64,000 nucleotides of DNA from Octopus sinensis. Taxonomy: Eukaryota. Below, piece after piece: positions 37,038-50,173 of this stretch; within the stretch, counting starts at the first letter, position 1; the number at the start of each line of letters is the position of its first letter. Location: the NCBI RefSeq assembly GCF_006345805.1, contig NC_043016.1, positions 26,474,001 through 26,538,000 of the forward strand. The letters are read 5' to 3'. Made by a program: the position numbers and the translations under genes. The notes under the pieces are model-generated. The model saw only the letters and a list, made by a program, of their open reading frames with translations. It was not told the DNA's origin and ran no database searches.

Positions 37038-39576
37038 TACTCAGTGTTCTCCCTGCCTTTCATTTTTTATATAACCTTCACTTAGTGTTCTCCCATCCCT
37101 TCCATTTCTATATAACCATTAGAGAGTATCCTATTTAAACTTCACTCAGTGTTCTATCCTACCATTTCTATATAACCTTCAATCAGTGAATTTCCCCGCT
37201 TTCATTTTCTATGCAACCTTCAATCAGAGTTCTTCTCCCGACTTTTTTGTATATTACCTTCACTTTGCTTTCTCCCCTGCTTCATTCATTCAGAGGTCTT
37301 TCTTCCATTCTTTTCAAAATAAACTTCTGTCAGTTCTATTTAACCTGCATTTAGCATTCTCCATTGCCTTCATTTTCTGTGCAACCTTCACTTTGGCTCT
37401 CCTCCACCTTCCTTTTCTATAAAACTTTCACTCAGATTTCTTCCTTCCTTTCCTTTTTCTATATAAACTTCACTTAGAGTTCTATTCTTTTAGTCAGATT
37501 TCACCCTCTCCTTTTTCATCAATATTAACTTTACCCATTATTCTCCCACCCCTTCTTCCATATTACCTTTACTCACTATTCTCCAAGCTCCTTCCACTTC
37601 TTTTTAACCTTCACTCAGTTTTCTTCCTCCCATTCCTCCTCTATATTACCTTCACTCGTTATTCTCCCTACCATTCATCACTTCTATTATCTTCACGCAG
37701 AAATCTCACTTTGCTTCTATATTACTTTCACTGAGAATTCTTCCCTACCCCTTCCTCTTCTATATAATCTTCTCTCAGTAATCTCCCTCTACTTTTTCAT
37801 CTATATTATGTTCACTCTCCTTCTCTTTCTTCATCTGTTACCTTCACTTCGTATTCTCTCTTCCCTTCTTCTTTTATATTACCTTCCCCCAGTATTCTCC
37901 TCTTTTGTCTTCAATATTACCTTCACTCTCTACTGTCATTCCCCACCCTCTTCTATATTACCTTCACTCACTATTCTCCCTCCAATTCCCTTTCTGTATT
38001 ACCATCACACAGTATTCTCTCACTTCTTCTATATTACCTTCACTCAGTATACTCCCGCTCCTTCCCCTTCACTCTCAGTATTCCCACCCCATTTACTTTT
38101 CTATATTACCTTCAATCGTTATTCTCCTCCTCTCCACTCTTCTGTATTACTTACACTCAGTATTCTCCCTTGCCTTCCTCTTCCATATTGCCATCACTCA
38201 GTATACTCCCTCCCATTCCTCTCATATATAACCTTCACATTTTTACTCCTTCTATATTATCTTCACTCAATATTCTCCTCCTCCTTTCCTCTTCTATATA
38301 TCATCCTCACTCAATATTCTTCCTCCCCTTCCTCTTCTATTTATTCGATATTCTCCCTCCACTTCCTCTTTTATATTACAGTAAACTCATTTTTCCCTCC
38401 TTTTCCTCTTCTGTACTACTTGCACTCAGTATTCTTCTTCCTTCTCTTCAATATTGCCTTATCTCAGTATTCTCCTCGCCACCATTTACTTATCATTACC
38501 TTTCCCTTCTTCTTCTATATAACATCCACTTAGTAATCTCCCTTGCCCTCCTCCTCTATATTATCTGCACTCAGCTTTCTCCCTCTGCCCTCCCCTCTAT
38601 ACTACCTGCACTCAGTATTTTTCCTCTCCTTTATTACCTTCACTCAGTATTCTCTTTCCACTTTTATATTAACTTTACCAGAATTCTCCATTCCCTTCTT
38701 CCATATTACTTTCACTCAGGATTCTCCCTGATTTCCTCTTCTTTATTCCATTCGTTCATTTTTCTCCCTACCTTTCATCTTCTTTATTACTGTCACTCAG
38801 TATTCTCCTGCCACTTCTATATTACCTTCACTCAGAATTCTCCCTCCACTTCCTCTTCTACATCACCATCACACAGTAATCTGCTTCCTGCCCTATTTCT
38901 ACATTACCTTCACTCAGTACTCTCCCTCCCATTTCTCTTCAATCAGTATTCTCCCTCTACTTCCTCATCTATATTACCTTCACTCGAAATTCTCCCTCCT
39001 TCCTCCTCTATATTACTTTCCCCCAGTATTCTCTCTCACCTTTGTCTTCTACATAATCTCACTCAGTATTCTCCCCACTCCACTTCCTCTATATTACCTT
39101 CACTCATTTTCTCCCTCCCTTTCATCTTCAGTATCACCTTCACTCAGTATTCTCACTCCCACCCTTCTATATTGCCTTCCCTTTGTATTCTTCTGACTCT
39201 TCCTCATCAATATTACCTACACTCAGTACTCTCCATCCCTTTGTCTTTTATATGATTTTTCTCAGTCTTCTCCTACACCTTCCCTCAGCATTCTCATGCC
39301 TTCACTTATTCTCTCTACCCTTCCTTTTTTTATATTACCTTCACTCAGTATTCTCCCTACCCATACTATTCTATATCATCTTCCCCCAATATTCTCTCCA
39401 CTTTTTTCTTCTTTCTTTACCTAGTATTCTCCCTACCCTTCCTCCTTTATATTAACTTTACACATTCTTCTTCCTCTCCCCCTCTTCTATATTACCTGCA
39501 ATCTGTATACTCCTTCCCTTTCCCCTTTTATATCACCTTCACTCAGTATTCTTGCTGCCCTTCCTCTTCTATATTA
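37038..39576 (+). repeat. Satellite block, shifting to the TATATTACC variant (~40-bp monomer)
   Basis: Consensus approximately ttctatattaccttcactcagtattctccctccccttcctc. Confidence 0.9.
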
Positions 39577-40142
39577 CCGTAAATCCTCAAGTATAGTCAG
39601 TCCTTGAGTATAATACACAGGGGATTTTTAGGGGGCTATACCTCTGAAAAACCTAAACCTTGTGTATAATACTTAAGTCTAACTTAAGTCAAGGCGGTCT
39701 ATATAACGTCCTTGGTTTGTAAAAATGTATACAGTAACGTCCTTTATTATTATTGTATTGGACGGTTCAGACCCCAGTAGAACCGTCCAACCCATGCTAG
39801 CATGGAAAACGGACGCTAAACGATGATGATGATGATATAACATAATACAAACGTGTAGCTTTTTTGTGCATTTTGTTTGCAGAAAATAAAGAAATAACAT
39901 TTAATAAATGTTGCGTATTGCAAGTTATGGATGATTCTTTTATGACTTCATTGCTTTCAGGCTTAGATTAAGGTATTTTCACGCCTGACATCACAAAATG
40001 CGTGAGAATAAACATTGCCGGACAGCAAATAGAGACTCGGACAGTGCTAAGAAAATAATTTTCATTTTTATATAGTACGCACTAGGGATTTTGACCTTTA
40101 AATTTTAGGTAAAAAATGTGGATTATACTCGAGGATTTACGG
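39577..40142. mobile_element. Tc1/mariner-pogo-like MITE inserted into a satellite TA, with an internal RTE tail
   Basis: TA-ccgtaaatcctcaagtatagtc ... gattatactcgaggatttacgg-TA. The satellite monomer rejoins across it. Confidence 0.85.
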
Positions 40143-40144
40143 TA

Positions 40145-40870
40145 CTTTCACTCATTTCTTTCCCTCTTGATTCTCTTCTATTTTACCTTCACTCGGTTTT
40201 CTTCTTCCTCTTTCCCTTTCTGTATCACATTCACTTATTATTCTCCTTTCCCACCCCTGTACTGCTTTATTTTACCTTTACACATTTTTCTCCTTATTTT
40301 TCCTCTTCTTTATTTACATCCCCCCAGCATTCTCCCTCTCCTTTGTCTTCTATATTATCATCACAGTATTCTCCCCCCCTCCTCTTCTCTATAATTTCCC
40401 ATCTTCTTCTGTATTACCTTTACTCAGTAGTCTTCCTCCCATTCTTCTATATCCCCTCCACTCAGTATTCTCCCTCCCCTTCCACTTCTATATAACCTTC
40501 ATTCAGCATTCTCCTTCTCCACCCTCTTCTATATCACCTCCACTCATTATTCTCCCTCTCCTTACTCTTCTATATTACCTTCACTTAGTATTCTTCCTCC
40601 TGTTCCTCTTCTGAATTACTTTCATTCATTATTCTTCCTCACCCCACTCTTATATATTAAGTCTTCACTCATCATACCCTTCCTTTCTCTCTAAAACACC
40701 TTCACTCATATACTCCCTAACCTTCCTCTTCTATATTACCTTCACTTAGTATTCTCCCACCACCACCACGCCTTTATCTATACGACCTTCACAGTATGTT
40801 TTTCTTTTCCCTTCTTTTATATAACCTTCCCCTAGGATTTTTCATTTTCTTCCTTTTCTATATCTTCATT
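40145..40870 (+). repeat. Satellite block
   Basis: TATATTACC-type monomers. Confidence 0.85.
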
Positions 40871-40875
40871 TAGAC

Positions 40876-41149
40876 CAGTGGCTGTCAACTGGGGTCCACA
40901 TGACCTTTGGGTGTCCATAGAAGATTCTGTTCTTAAAATCTGTCAACTGGGGTCCACATGACCTTTGGGTGTCCATAGAAGATTCTGTTCTTAAAATCTA
41001 TGTGCAATAATTTGATTATATTTCTACAGTATACAAAATATTTTAAACAATTATTTTTACACAATTCCTAATATTTAATTATAAAAACATAAGGTTAATC
41101 TTTGATTGGCTAGGAGGGTCTATAGGTAAAAAATGGTTGAGAACCACTG
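40876..41149. mobile_element. hAT MITE (same family as 1295-1551, opposite orientation) with an internal ~58-bp tandem duplication
   Basis: cagtggctgtcaact ... ggttgagaaccactg. Flanks atttagac / atttaggt. Confidence 0.85.
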
Positions 41150-41189
41150 ATTTAGGTCATTCTGTATTTTTTCTTAATGATAGGTGTAG

Positions 41190-42170
41190 AAGTGGCAGTG
41201 TGGTAAGTAGCTTGCTTACCAAACACATGGTTCTAGGTTCAGTTCCACTGCATGGCACCTTGCGCAAGTGTCTTCTACTATAGCCTCAGGTCGACCAAAG
41301 CCTTGTGAGTGGATTTGGTAGATGGAAACTAAAAGAAGCCCATCGTATATATGTATATATATATATATATATATATGTACGTATGTGGATATGTTTGTGT
41401 GTCTGTGTTTGTCCCTCCAACATCACTTGACAACTGATGCTGGTGTGTTTACGTCCTTGTAACTTAGTGGTTCGGCAAAAGAGATCGATAAAATAAGTAC
41501 TAGGCTTACAAAGAACAAGTCAACTGATTTGTTCGACTAAAGACGGTGCTACAGCATGGCCACAGTCACATGACTGAAACAAGTCAAATAGTAAAGAGAG
41601 AGAGTATATAATCCAGTGTTTGGTTTTCTCATGTCTACATGATTGGATCATGGATCTCATTGGATCATGGATCTGCCATTCATGGATCTCATTCCACTTC
41701 TGTCTTCATAATTTTGATTCAGTGTTTTCCCACATGTTCTCTGTGTATATACTTTTTCTCAGTATATTCTTTTACTGTTTCAATCATTTGACTGTGGCCA
41801 TGCTGGAGCACTGCCTTTAGTCGAAAAAAATCAACCTCAGGACTTATTCTTTGTAAGCCTTAGTACTTATTTTATCGGTCTCTTTTGCCAAACTGCTAAG
41901 TTATGGGGGCATAAACACACCAACATCGGTTGTCAAGTGACGGGGGGAGGGCACAAACGCAGACACACAATTACATGCATACACATATACACAAACACAC
42001 ACATATATATGACAGGCTTCTTCCAGTTTTCTGTCTACCAAGTCCACCCACAAGGTTTTGGTTGGCCTGAGGCTATAGTTGAAGACACTTGCCCAAGGTG
42101 CCATGCAGTAGGACTAAACCCAGAATCATGTGGCTTGTAAGCAAGCTACTTACCACACAGCCACTCCTGC
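41190..42170. mobile_element. Convergent pair of family B SINEs (41190-41590 +, 41775-42170 -)
   Basis: Full heads and tails in opposite orientation, ~185 bp apart. Confidence 0.85.
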
Positions 42171-42609
42171 ATCAATATAATGATGTAGACAACTAAGCAC
42201 ATTCTTATTCTTCATCTTTCGTTCCTTCAGCTTTCAGTTTTTACCATCATTGAACAATGGCCATGCTGGGGTACTTCCCTGAAGGTTTTAGCTGAATGAA
42301 ATCACCTCAGTAATAATATTCTTTTTAAAACCCAGTACTTATTCTATTGATCTCTAATGCCAAACTGCTATTTAAAAAAAAAACAAATCTGGTTGCTAAG
42401 TGGTAGTGAGTGGCACACACATAGACACACACACACATATATATACACACTATGGGCTTCTTTCTGTTTTTGTCTACCAAAGATGCTCACAAGGCTTCAG
42501 GCAGTTCAACACTATTGTAGATAACATCTACTCAAAGTAACACATACTGGGACATATTTCTTTTCTTTAAAATGGGACAGAGATTTTTTTGTTGCAAGTG
42601 TGAATGGTG

Positions 42610-43720
42610 GCATGCAGGCAGAATTGTTAGCACATTAGGCAAAATGTTTAGTGGTATTTTATCTGTCTAAACATTCTGAGTTCATATTCTGCTGAGGTCA
42701 ACTTTGCTTTTCATCCTTTCGGGGTCAATAAATTAAGTACCAGTGAAACACTGGAGTTGATATAATCGACTAGTCCCCTACCCACCATATTTCAGGCCTT
42801 GTGCCTTTAGTAGAAAAGATTATTATTATTATTGAAAAGGTGGTGAGCTGGCAGAATCATTATCATGTTGAGCAAAATGTTTAGCAGTATTTCATCTGTC
42901 TTAACATTCTGAGTTCATATTCTGCCGAGGTCAACTTTGCCTTTCATCCTTTCAGGGTCAATAAATTAAGAACCAGTCAAGTACTGGGGTTGGTGTAATT
43001 GATTATCTCCCTCCCCACAAATTCCAGGCTTTGTGCCTATAGTAGAAAGGATTATTATTATTATTATCATGTGGCAAGGTGGTAGAATCATTCATGCTTC
43101 AGAGAAAATGCTAAGTGGCCTTTCTTCTGGCTCTTTACATTGTAAGTTCAAATCTTGCTAAGTTCTACTCTGGTTTTTATCTTTCAGGGATGAATAAAAT
43201 AACACCCAACACCCTGTAAAACTGCTGGCTTTGTAGAAAAAAATTTGGGCAATTAATATTATTATAATTAAGGTAGGGAGCTGGCAAAAAAATCAGTAAC
43301 ATGCAGGACAATAATTTTTTCTGGTTTCATTCTGAGTTCAAACCATGCCAAAGTCAACTTTGCCTTTCATTCTTTTGGGGTCTGTAAGATAAGTACATCT
43401 TGAGCCCTGGACCATCCAGGTCTTGTGTCCATAGTAGAAAGAATTATTATTATTATTAAGGTGAGGAGTTGGCAGAAGCTTTAGCATGGAAATAATGACC
43501 AGCAGTATATTTTCTGATTCATTATATTCTGAATTCTAATTCCACAAAGGTCAACTTTGACTATCATTCTTTCAGGACCAATAAGATGAAATGTTATCCG
43601 AGAACAAGGATTAATGCAAACGGCTTACCCTTTTGCCTCAAACTGATGACCTACTGCCAAAGTTTGAAAACATTATAAAAGCAGTGAACTGGCAGAATCC
43701 TTAACACATCAGAAAATGCT
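42610..43720 (+). mobile_element. Head-to-tail array of ~5-6 family A SINEs separated by (TAT)n
   Basis: Repeated gctggcagaat...ccttgtgcc..agtagaaaggattattatt units of varying divergence. Confidence 0.85.
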
Positions 43721-43739
43721 TAATGGGTTAATTTACCTC

Positions 43740-45690
43740 TCATCATTTCTATTCTATGTTCCCTTCACTCAGTATTCTCCTTCTCCTATGTCACCTTTAC
43801 TCAGTATTCTCTTCCTCCTGTTCTCTTCATTCAGTATTCTCCCTCAGTGACATTCACTCACTATTCTCCTCTCCTATGTTCCCTTCATTCAGTATTCTCC
43901 CTCCTTTATGTTAGCTTCATTCAGTATTCTCCCTCTCCTTCTTCTATGTTACATTCACTCAGTATTCTCCCTCTCTTTCCCCTTTGACATCACCATCACT
44001 CAATATTCTCCCTCTCCTTCGTTTCCCATGTTACCTTCACTCAATATTCACCCTCTCCTATGTTACTTTCACTCAGTATTCTTCCTCTCCTAACCTTCAC
44101 TCAGTATTCTCCCTCTCTTTCCCCTTTGACATTACCATCACTCAATATTCTCCCTCTCCTTCGTTTCCCATGTTACCTTCACTCAATATTCACCCTCTCC
44201 TATGTTACTTTCACTCAGTATTCTTCCTCTCCTAACCTTCACTCAGTATTCTCCCTCTCCTACCTTCACTCAGTATTAGACCTTTCCTTCTCTTTCTATA
44301 TTACCTTCATTCAGTATTCTCCCTACCTTATGTCATGTTCACACAGTATTCTCCCTCTCTTATCTAACCTTCACTTAGTATTCTCCATCTGGTTCTTCTC
44401 CTATGTTACCTTCACTTACTATCCTCCCTCACCTATATTACGTTCAATTAATATTCTCCTTCACTCAGAATTCTATCTCCACTCAGTATTCTCCTTCTAT
44501 GTTACTGTAACTCAATATTTTCCTCTCCTCTCCATTCTATATTACTTCTACTCAGCATTCTCCCTCTCCTATGTTACCTTCACTCATTATTCTCCTTCTC
44601 CTATGTTACCTTCACTCATTATTCTCCCTCTCTTTCTGACCCTATATTAGCATCACTTAGTATTTTCCGTCATCTATGTTACCTTCACTCAGTATTCCCC
44701 CTCTTGTCTGTTACCTTCACTCATTATGCTCCCTCTCCTGTTACCTTCACTCAGTATTCTCCCTCTTGTCTGTTACCTTCACTCATTATGCTCCCTCTCC
44801 TGTTATCTTCATTCAGTATTCTCCCTCTTGTCTGTTACCTTCACTCAGTATTCTCCCACTTGTCTGTTACCTTCACTCACTATGCTCCCTCTCCTATGTT
44901 ACCTTCACTCACTATGCTCCCTCTCCTATGTTACCTTCACTCACTATGCTCCCTCTCCTATTTTACCTTCACTCAGTATTCTCCCTCCCTTTCCAACCCT
45001 ATATTACCTTCACCTATGTTAACTTCATGCAATATTCTCCCTCTCATCTGTTAACTTCACTCAGTATTCTCCCTCTCCTACATAACCTTCACTCAGTATT
45101 CTCCATCTTCAACTGCTCCTATGTTACCATCACCTAGTATTCTCTCCCCTATATTACCTTCACTTAGTATTCTCCATCTCCTTCAACCCGTTACCTTTAC
45201 TCAGTATTGTCCTTCTCCTTTTATATTATCTTCACTCAGTGTTCTCTCTCCTCCATGTTACCTTCACTCAGTATTCTCCCACGCCTTCCTCTCTTATGTT
45301 ACCTTCACTCACTATTCTCCTCTCCTATGTTACCTTCACTCACTATTCTCCCTCTCCTATATTACTTTCACTCAGTATTCTCCCCCTTCCCCTACTATAT
45401 TACCTTCACTCAGTATTCTCCCTCTCCTTCCCCTTCTATATTACTTTCACGCAATATTCCCCCTCTCCCATGTTACCTTCTTGCAGCATTCTCCCTCTCC
45501 TATGCTACCTTCACTCAGTGTTCTCCTTGTCCTTCATCTTTTACATTACCTTCACTGGGTATTCTTCCTCATCTTCCTGTCCTATGTTATTTTCACTCAG
45601 TCTTCTCCCTCTCCTCCCTCACTTATTTTATTTTTACTTAGTATTCTCTATCTCCTTTTACCGCCTATGTTACCTTCACTCAGTGTTTAT
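43740..45690 (+). repeat. Satellite block, short CTATGTTACC variant (~30-32-bp monomer)
   Basis: 32-bp units at 44881/44913, 62-bp dimers at 44701/44763/44825 and a 142-bp duplication at 43954/44096. Confidence 0.92.
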
Positions 45691-46389
45691 TTTAACAACA
45701 ACGAAATCGCAAGTATTAGGTTCGATAGTAATGATTTGCCCAACTTGTCTCAAAACTATTGGCCTTGTGAATAAATTTGAACTTATTGTTATCATTATTT
45801 TTTAAGTTGAAAAAAAAAAGAAAAAATTTATATCTTTTAAACAAATATCTCACTTGAGATCATTGCCCAAACATACAAATTATTAATTGCATCATTCTGA
45901 TTGATGTTATTTTTTATGAACATAAAATTAGTAGGCATGATGAAAGAACAAAGATAAATTCAGATTTAGCCTACTTACAATATAGATTGCATTAATAAAC
46001 TAATCTAACTTATTGGATTGAAAGTATTCTGGATTACATCTTGCAATGTGTTCTGTCTCTCTTATTTCAGAAAATGGTTACACAACGATCATAAGCAAGT
46101 AGTTATTGAATGGACTTTTCTTTCTGAAATGAAATGGAAAAAAAAAAAAAAGCAAGATAAGATATAGCAATACAATAGGCATAAGGCATGGCTGTATTTT
46201 TAAGAAGCAGGTGTCTTCTTTTATAGCTCCAAACCAAGTGCATTGTGAGGGAATTTAATAGATGGAAAGAGTGCAAAACATGGAGTAGATTGTCAACTTT
46301 ACAACTCCAACATTACAAGTCTGTCTTACTCCATAGCATCTCTAAGTTTGTACATATGTATATAAATATATACACAAATACATCTTTTA

Positions 46390-48180
46390 ACTTTTACCTG
46401 CTTCAATCATTTTAGACTGTATCTATGCTGGAACTCTGCTTTGAAGAATTTTAGTCCAAAAAATTGACCTCCCAGTATATATTTTTTTTTCTATCAGTCT
46501 ACTTTTACTGAACTACCAAGTTGTCAGGCGGTGGTAGTGGGACAAACACAGATACAAACCACAAACATACATGTGTGTGTGTATATATACTATGGTCTTT
46601 CAGTTTCTGTCTATCAACTGTACTCACAAGGCTTTGGTCAGTCTAAAACTATAGTAGAAGACACTTGCTTCTAGTGGACTACCCTAGTGGATGCTTTTTA
46701 TGCTCCAGTTACGCAACACTGGCATCGACTACGACTACAATCTTACTTAGATTGATGGGTCTTCTCAAATACAGCATATTGTCAAAGGAAGAATGGATAG
46801 TAACAGAGTAGAAGGAAGAAAAGAACACTGAGTGTGATGTGGTACCCCCAGTCCAACTCCATCCCAGCCGCCCCCTTCCCCCACAGGAAAAAAAAAAGAA
46901 AAAGAAAAAAGCGCAGAATTTAGAAAACCCTTCCCCCCCCGGTGAAAAAAGGTTATGAGTGTTGTCATTGAGCGATGTATATATATACAGACACACACAC
47001 TCATCTATGTATGTGTTTGTCCCTCACCACCATTTGACAACTGGTGTTGGTTTGTTTACATCCCCGCGGGCATTGCTGTGTGGTTAGGGAGCTTGCTTCC
47101 TAGCTACATGGTTTCGGGTTCAGTCCCACTGCGTGGCACTTTGGGTAGGTGTCTTCCACTATAGCCCCGAGCCGACCAGAGCTTTGTGATTGAATTCGGT
47201 AGGTGGAAGTTGCTGCCGTGTGTGTATGTGTGCGTATAGCTGCTCAGTGCCTCTCCGAAAAAGAGAGAGGGATAACTTTGCAAAGTTCGATGGAATAAGT
47301 ACCAGGCTCAAAAATATGTATCAAGGTTGTTTCAGCATGACCCCAGTCAAATGGTTAAAACTAGTAGTACATTAAAATAATAATTATAATTTACACCTGT
47401 GAAATATGTACCTGTAAAATTTCATAAAAATATGCAAATTAAGTTATAAAGGAAACAGTTATTTCGGGAAAGCAACACAAACTATTTATGTCATGTTGTC
47501 AATATCCTTAGTTAAATTTATAGACTCTTCCTTCTATCCTTTATTTTTTTTTTTACTTGTATCAGTCATTAAATCATGGCCATGCTGGGGCACTGTCTAG
47601 AGGAAATTGTTTAGTCAAGTGAATCAAACTCAGTACTTTTTTAAAGCCTGGTATTCAATCGATTTCTTTTGTCGAACTGCTAGGTTACAGCGACGTAAAC
47701 ACACCAACATGGCTGAGAGGGACAAACAGTCACAAAGACACACACACATGTATGTATATACGACGTGCTTCTTTCAGTTTCCGTCTACCAAATCCACTCA
47801 CAAGGCTTTATAGCTGGCCTGAGGCTATAAGTGGAAGACATTTGCCCAGGGCGCCATACCGCCTGACTGAACCTGGAACCATGTGGTTGAGAAGCAAGCT
47901 TCTTACTACAACACCACAACTGCACCTATAGAAACGAGCATTGATTTTTGCCTCAGTGAATATCAGTAAGAGAAAACACGAGACGGATCTCAGAGAAATA
48001 ACTAGATAGATCAGGCGTGGTTTGTATGGTAAAGAAGCTTACTTCCCAACCACTCAGTTCGGAGTTCACTGCGTGTCACCTTGGGAAAAGTGTCTTTTAT
48101 TTTAACTTGGGGACGACCAAAGCCTTGTGAGTGAATATGGTAGACGGAAACTGAAAGAACCCCCTAGTATATTCGTATGT
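46390..48180. mobile_element. Cluster of family B SINEs in both orientations
   Basis: Copies at ~46390-46670 (-), 47020-47350 (+), 47560-47930 (-) and 48010-48180 (+). Confidence 0.8.
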
Positions 48181-48193
48181 ATGTATGTATGTA

Positions 48194-48243
<50 letters not shown>

Positions 48244-48308
48244 GGTCCCGGGTTGAGTCGGGGTTAACCACAGTAAATAAGGTACTCAATACATAGCAGA
48301 GTAAATTA

Positions 48309-48376
48309 ATTTATTTTATAGAAGGAGCTTCTACAGGATGAAACAGTTCTAGTCCTGTAGAAGCTCCTTCTATAAA

Positions 48377-48382
<6 letters not shown>
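48309..48382. repeat. Perfect 30-bp inverted repeat with a 14-nt loop, at the end of a PLE-like tail (48241-48382)
   Basis: atttattttatagaaggagcttctacagga-tgaaacagttctag-tcctgtagaagctccttctataaaataaat, flanked by (TA)n. Confidence 0.95.
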
Positions 48383-48413
<31 letters not shown>

Positions 48414-48417
48414 CACA

Positions 48418-48637
48418 CGAAGGGGTGCTGAAAAATTCCCTGTTTTAAGGGTGTTTCGAAAGGCCTGGTTGGAGGCCCAACCTTCCGAGTTCTTTTATAG
48501 TAGGACTTAGAAAAACTGAAGGCCCGCTGTAATGAGTGTGTGAATCGGAGAGGGGAATATGTTGAATAAAATCATAATTAACTGATCCTCCTGTATTTTC
48601 TTTTACCCAAAGCCAGGAACTTTTCAGCACCACACCG
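48418..48637 (+). mobile_element. Mariner-derived internally deleted element
   Basis: TIR-like ggggtgctgaaaa(a/g)ttcc / ggaacttttcagcacc. Internal GLRKTEG..CNECVNRRGEYVE*-like transposase C-terminus. A right-end remnant also occurs at ~57250-57282. Confidence 0.8.
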
Positions 48638-49199
48638 TATGTCTATGTGTGTGTATCTTTGTCCTCCCACCACTACCACTGCTTGACAACCGGTGTTGGT
48701 ATTTACGTCCCAGTAACTTAGCGGTTCTGCAAAAGGAATCGATAGAATAAGTACTGGGGAGGGGTGTCAATGCTTTCGATTAAAAAATGTTTCAAGGTGA
48801 TACCCCAGCATGACCGGTCAAATGACTGGAAAAGCTTTAAAAAGAAAATAAATAAATAAATAAATAAAAGGAGATAGTTTGATGGTATAGTCCAAGACAT
48901 ACCCTATGACAGAATGCCCAAAGGTTGAACAAACTATAATCGCCGGATTGCTCGATTAAACAGACCTGAAAGGTAAACAAGAACAAATGTGTATGTGTGT
49001 GTGTGTGCGTGTACAAAATGTAAACGTATAATACAGTATACACACTGTAATTAATCAAGTTTTATCCTTCGCTAATTTCAACATATATACAAATACAATT
49101 TTTTTTTTTTTAAATTAAACATAAGATACGGCTAGAGCTCGTGTGTTGACTATGAGTAAGTAGTAAATAAAATCTGACAAGTGAAAATGAGTTTAAGCC

Positions 49200-49400
49200 T
49201 TTGCTATCTTCAAACGTCGCGCCATTGTCCGGACGTTCTGTAGTCACTTAACTGCGTTCTGGCGGTCAGGACGTGATGTGCGCAAAACATGCGTTTGACG
49301 TAACGAAAAACGCATGTCACATGACCCGACAGTGGCTGTGACGTTGTTATCCAATGCGGACTGACAGGAGACAGTTGTGAAAAGATTTAGCTACCCTGAG
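49200..49400. promoter_or_regulatory. CpG-rich promoter-like island
   Basis: Non-repeat CpG-dense patch in a CpG-poor window, with YY1-like cgccatt (49220), CRE-like tgacgtaa (49296), CCAAT (49351) and a 10-bp inverted repeat. Evidence is motif-level only. Confidence 0.5.
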
Positions 49401-50173
49401 AGCTAAGCTAATGAGATAGATTGATTATATATATATATATACATATATTTATATATATGTAAATATATATATATATATATATGTATATGTATATATATAT
49501 ATGTATACATATATATATATTTATGCATACACGTATATGTATATATATAGAGCGTTCACAGATACTACAGGCACACGCATACGAATATACTCATTTGGCA
49601 AAAAGAGTTTTTCAGCTTCAAGTGAGAGACGGAGTGAAAGCAGTAATATTATAATTTTATAAAGCTACGAGAAGTCTTACTTTACTTCTGTAAATCTGCG
49701 GGTGTCTTTATTGTTGGCCGCAGATTAACATCAAATTTCTGCTGGCCACAAGCCATTTAAACTATATTTTGCATATATATATATGAATATATATATATAT
49801 TTATATATATATTTGTCACAATATAAAGTAAGATACAAAGACACATTTCTCTCTGCCACGCTTTATATTTAGCGATATACATAGACACACCTATATTTAT
49901 ATATACATATACACATTAATATTTATATATGTATGTATGTATATTAATACCGGAGTACCATTTTGTTAATTTTCTAAACACGTACAGAAAATAATAATAT
50001 AAATCTTTTTTCTTGGAAAACTGCTGTGTCCAAGGAAGGAGAGACCTACAGTAGGGTTTTTTGTTTTTTAAAAAAATTTTTTTTTGAGGTAAAAGTTTAC
50101 GTGAGAAAAAAAAAAAAACGAAAAGGAGAATAAATATTCAAAAAAACAGGTTCGCGGATATTTTTGCACTTCA

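Noticed and set aside
37808-39455. Long ORFs of 241-361 aa (SSILPSLSILP / YYLHSVFS / ITFTQYSP repeats)
   Set aside because: These are translations of the C/T-rich satellite, which is stop-poor on this strand. Overlapping ORFs occur in all three frames and there are no splice or domain signals.
26640-45690. CRISPR-like or TATA+Inr promoter-array interpretation of the repeat (TATATAA...TCAGT)
   Set aside because: There are no unique spacers, monomers are contiguous and degenerate, and the context is eukaryotic. The TATA-to-TCAGT spacing is ~10 bp, not the ~30 bp of a core promoter.
43908-45805. Multiple overlapping 100-217-aa repetitive ORFs
   Set aside because: Same satellite artefact; all frames are open.
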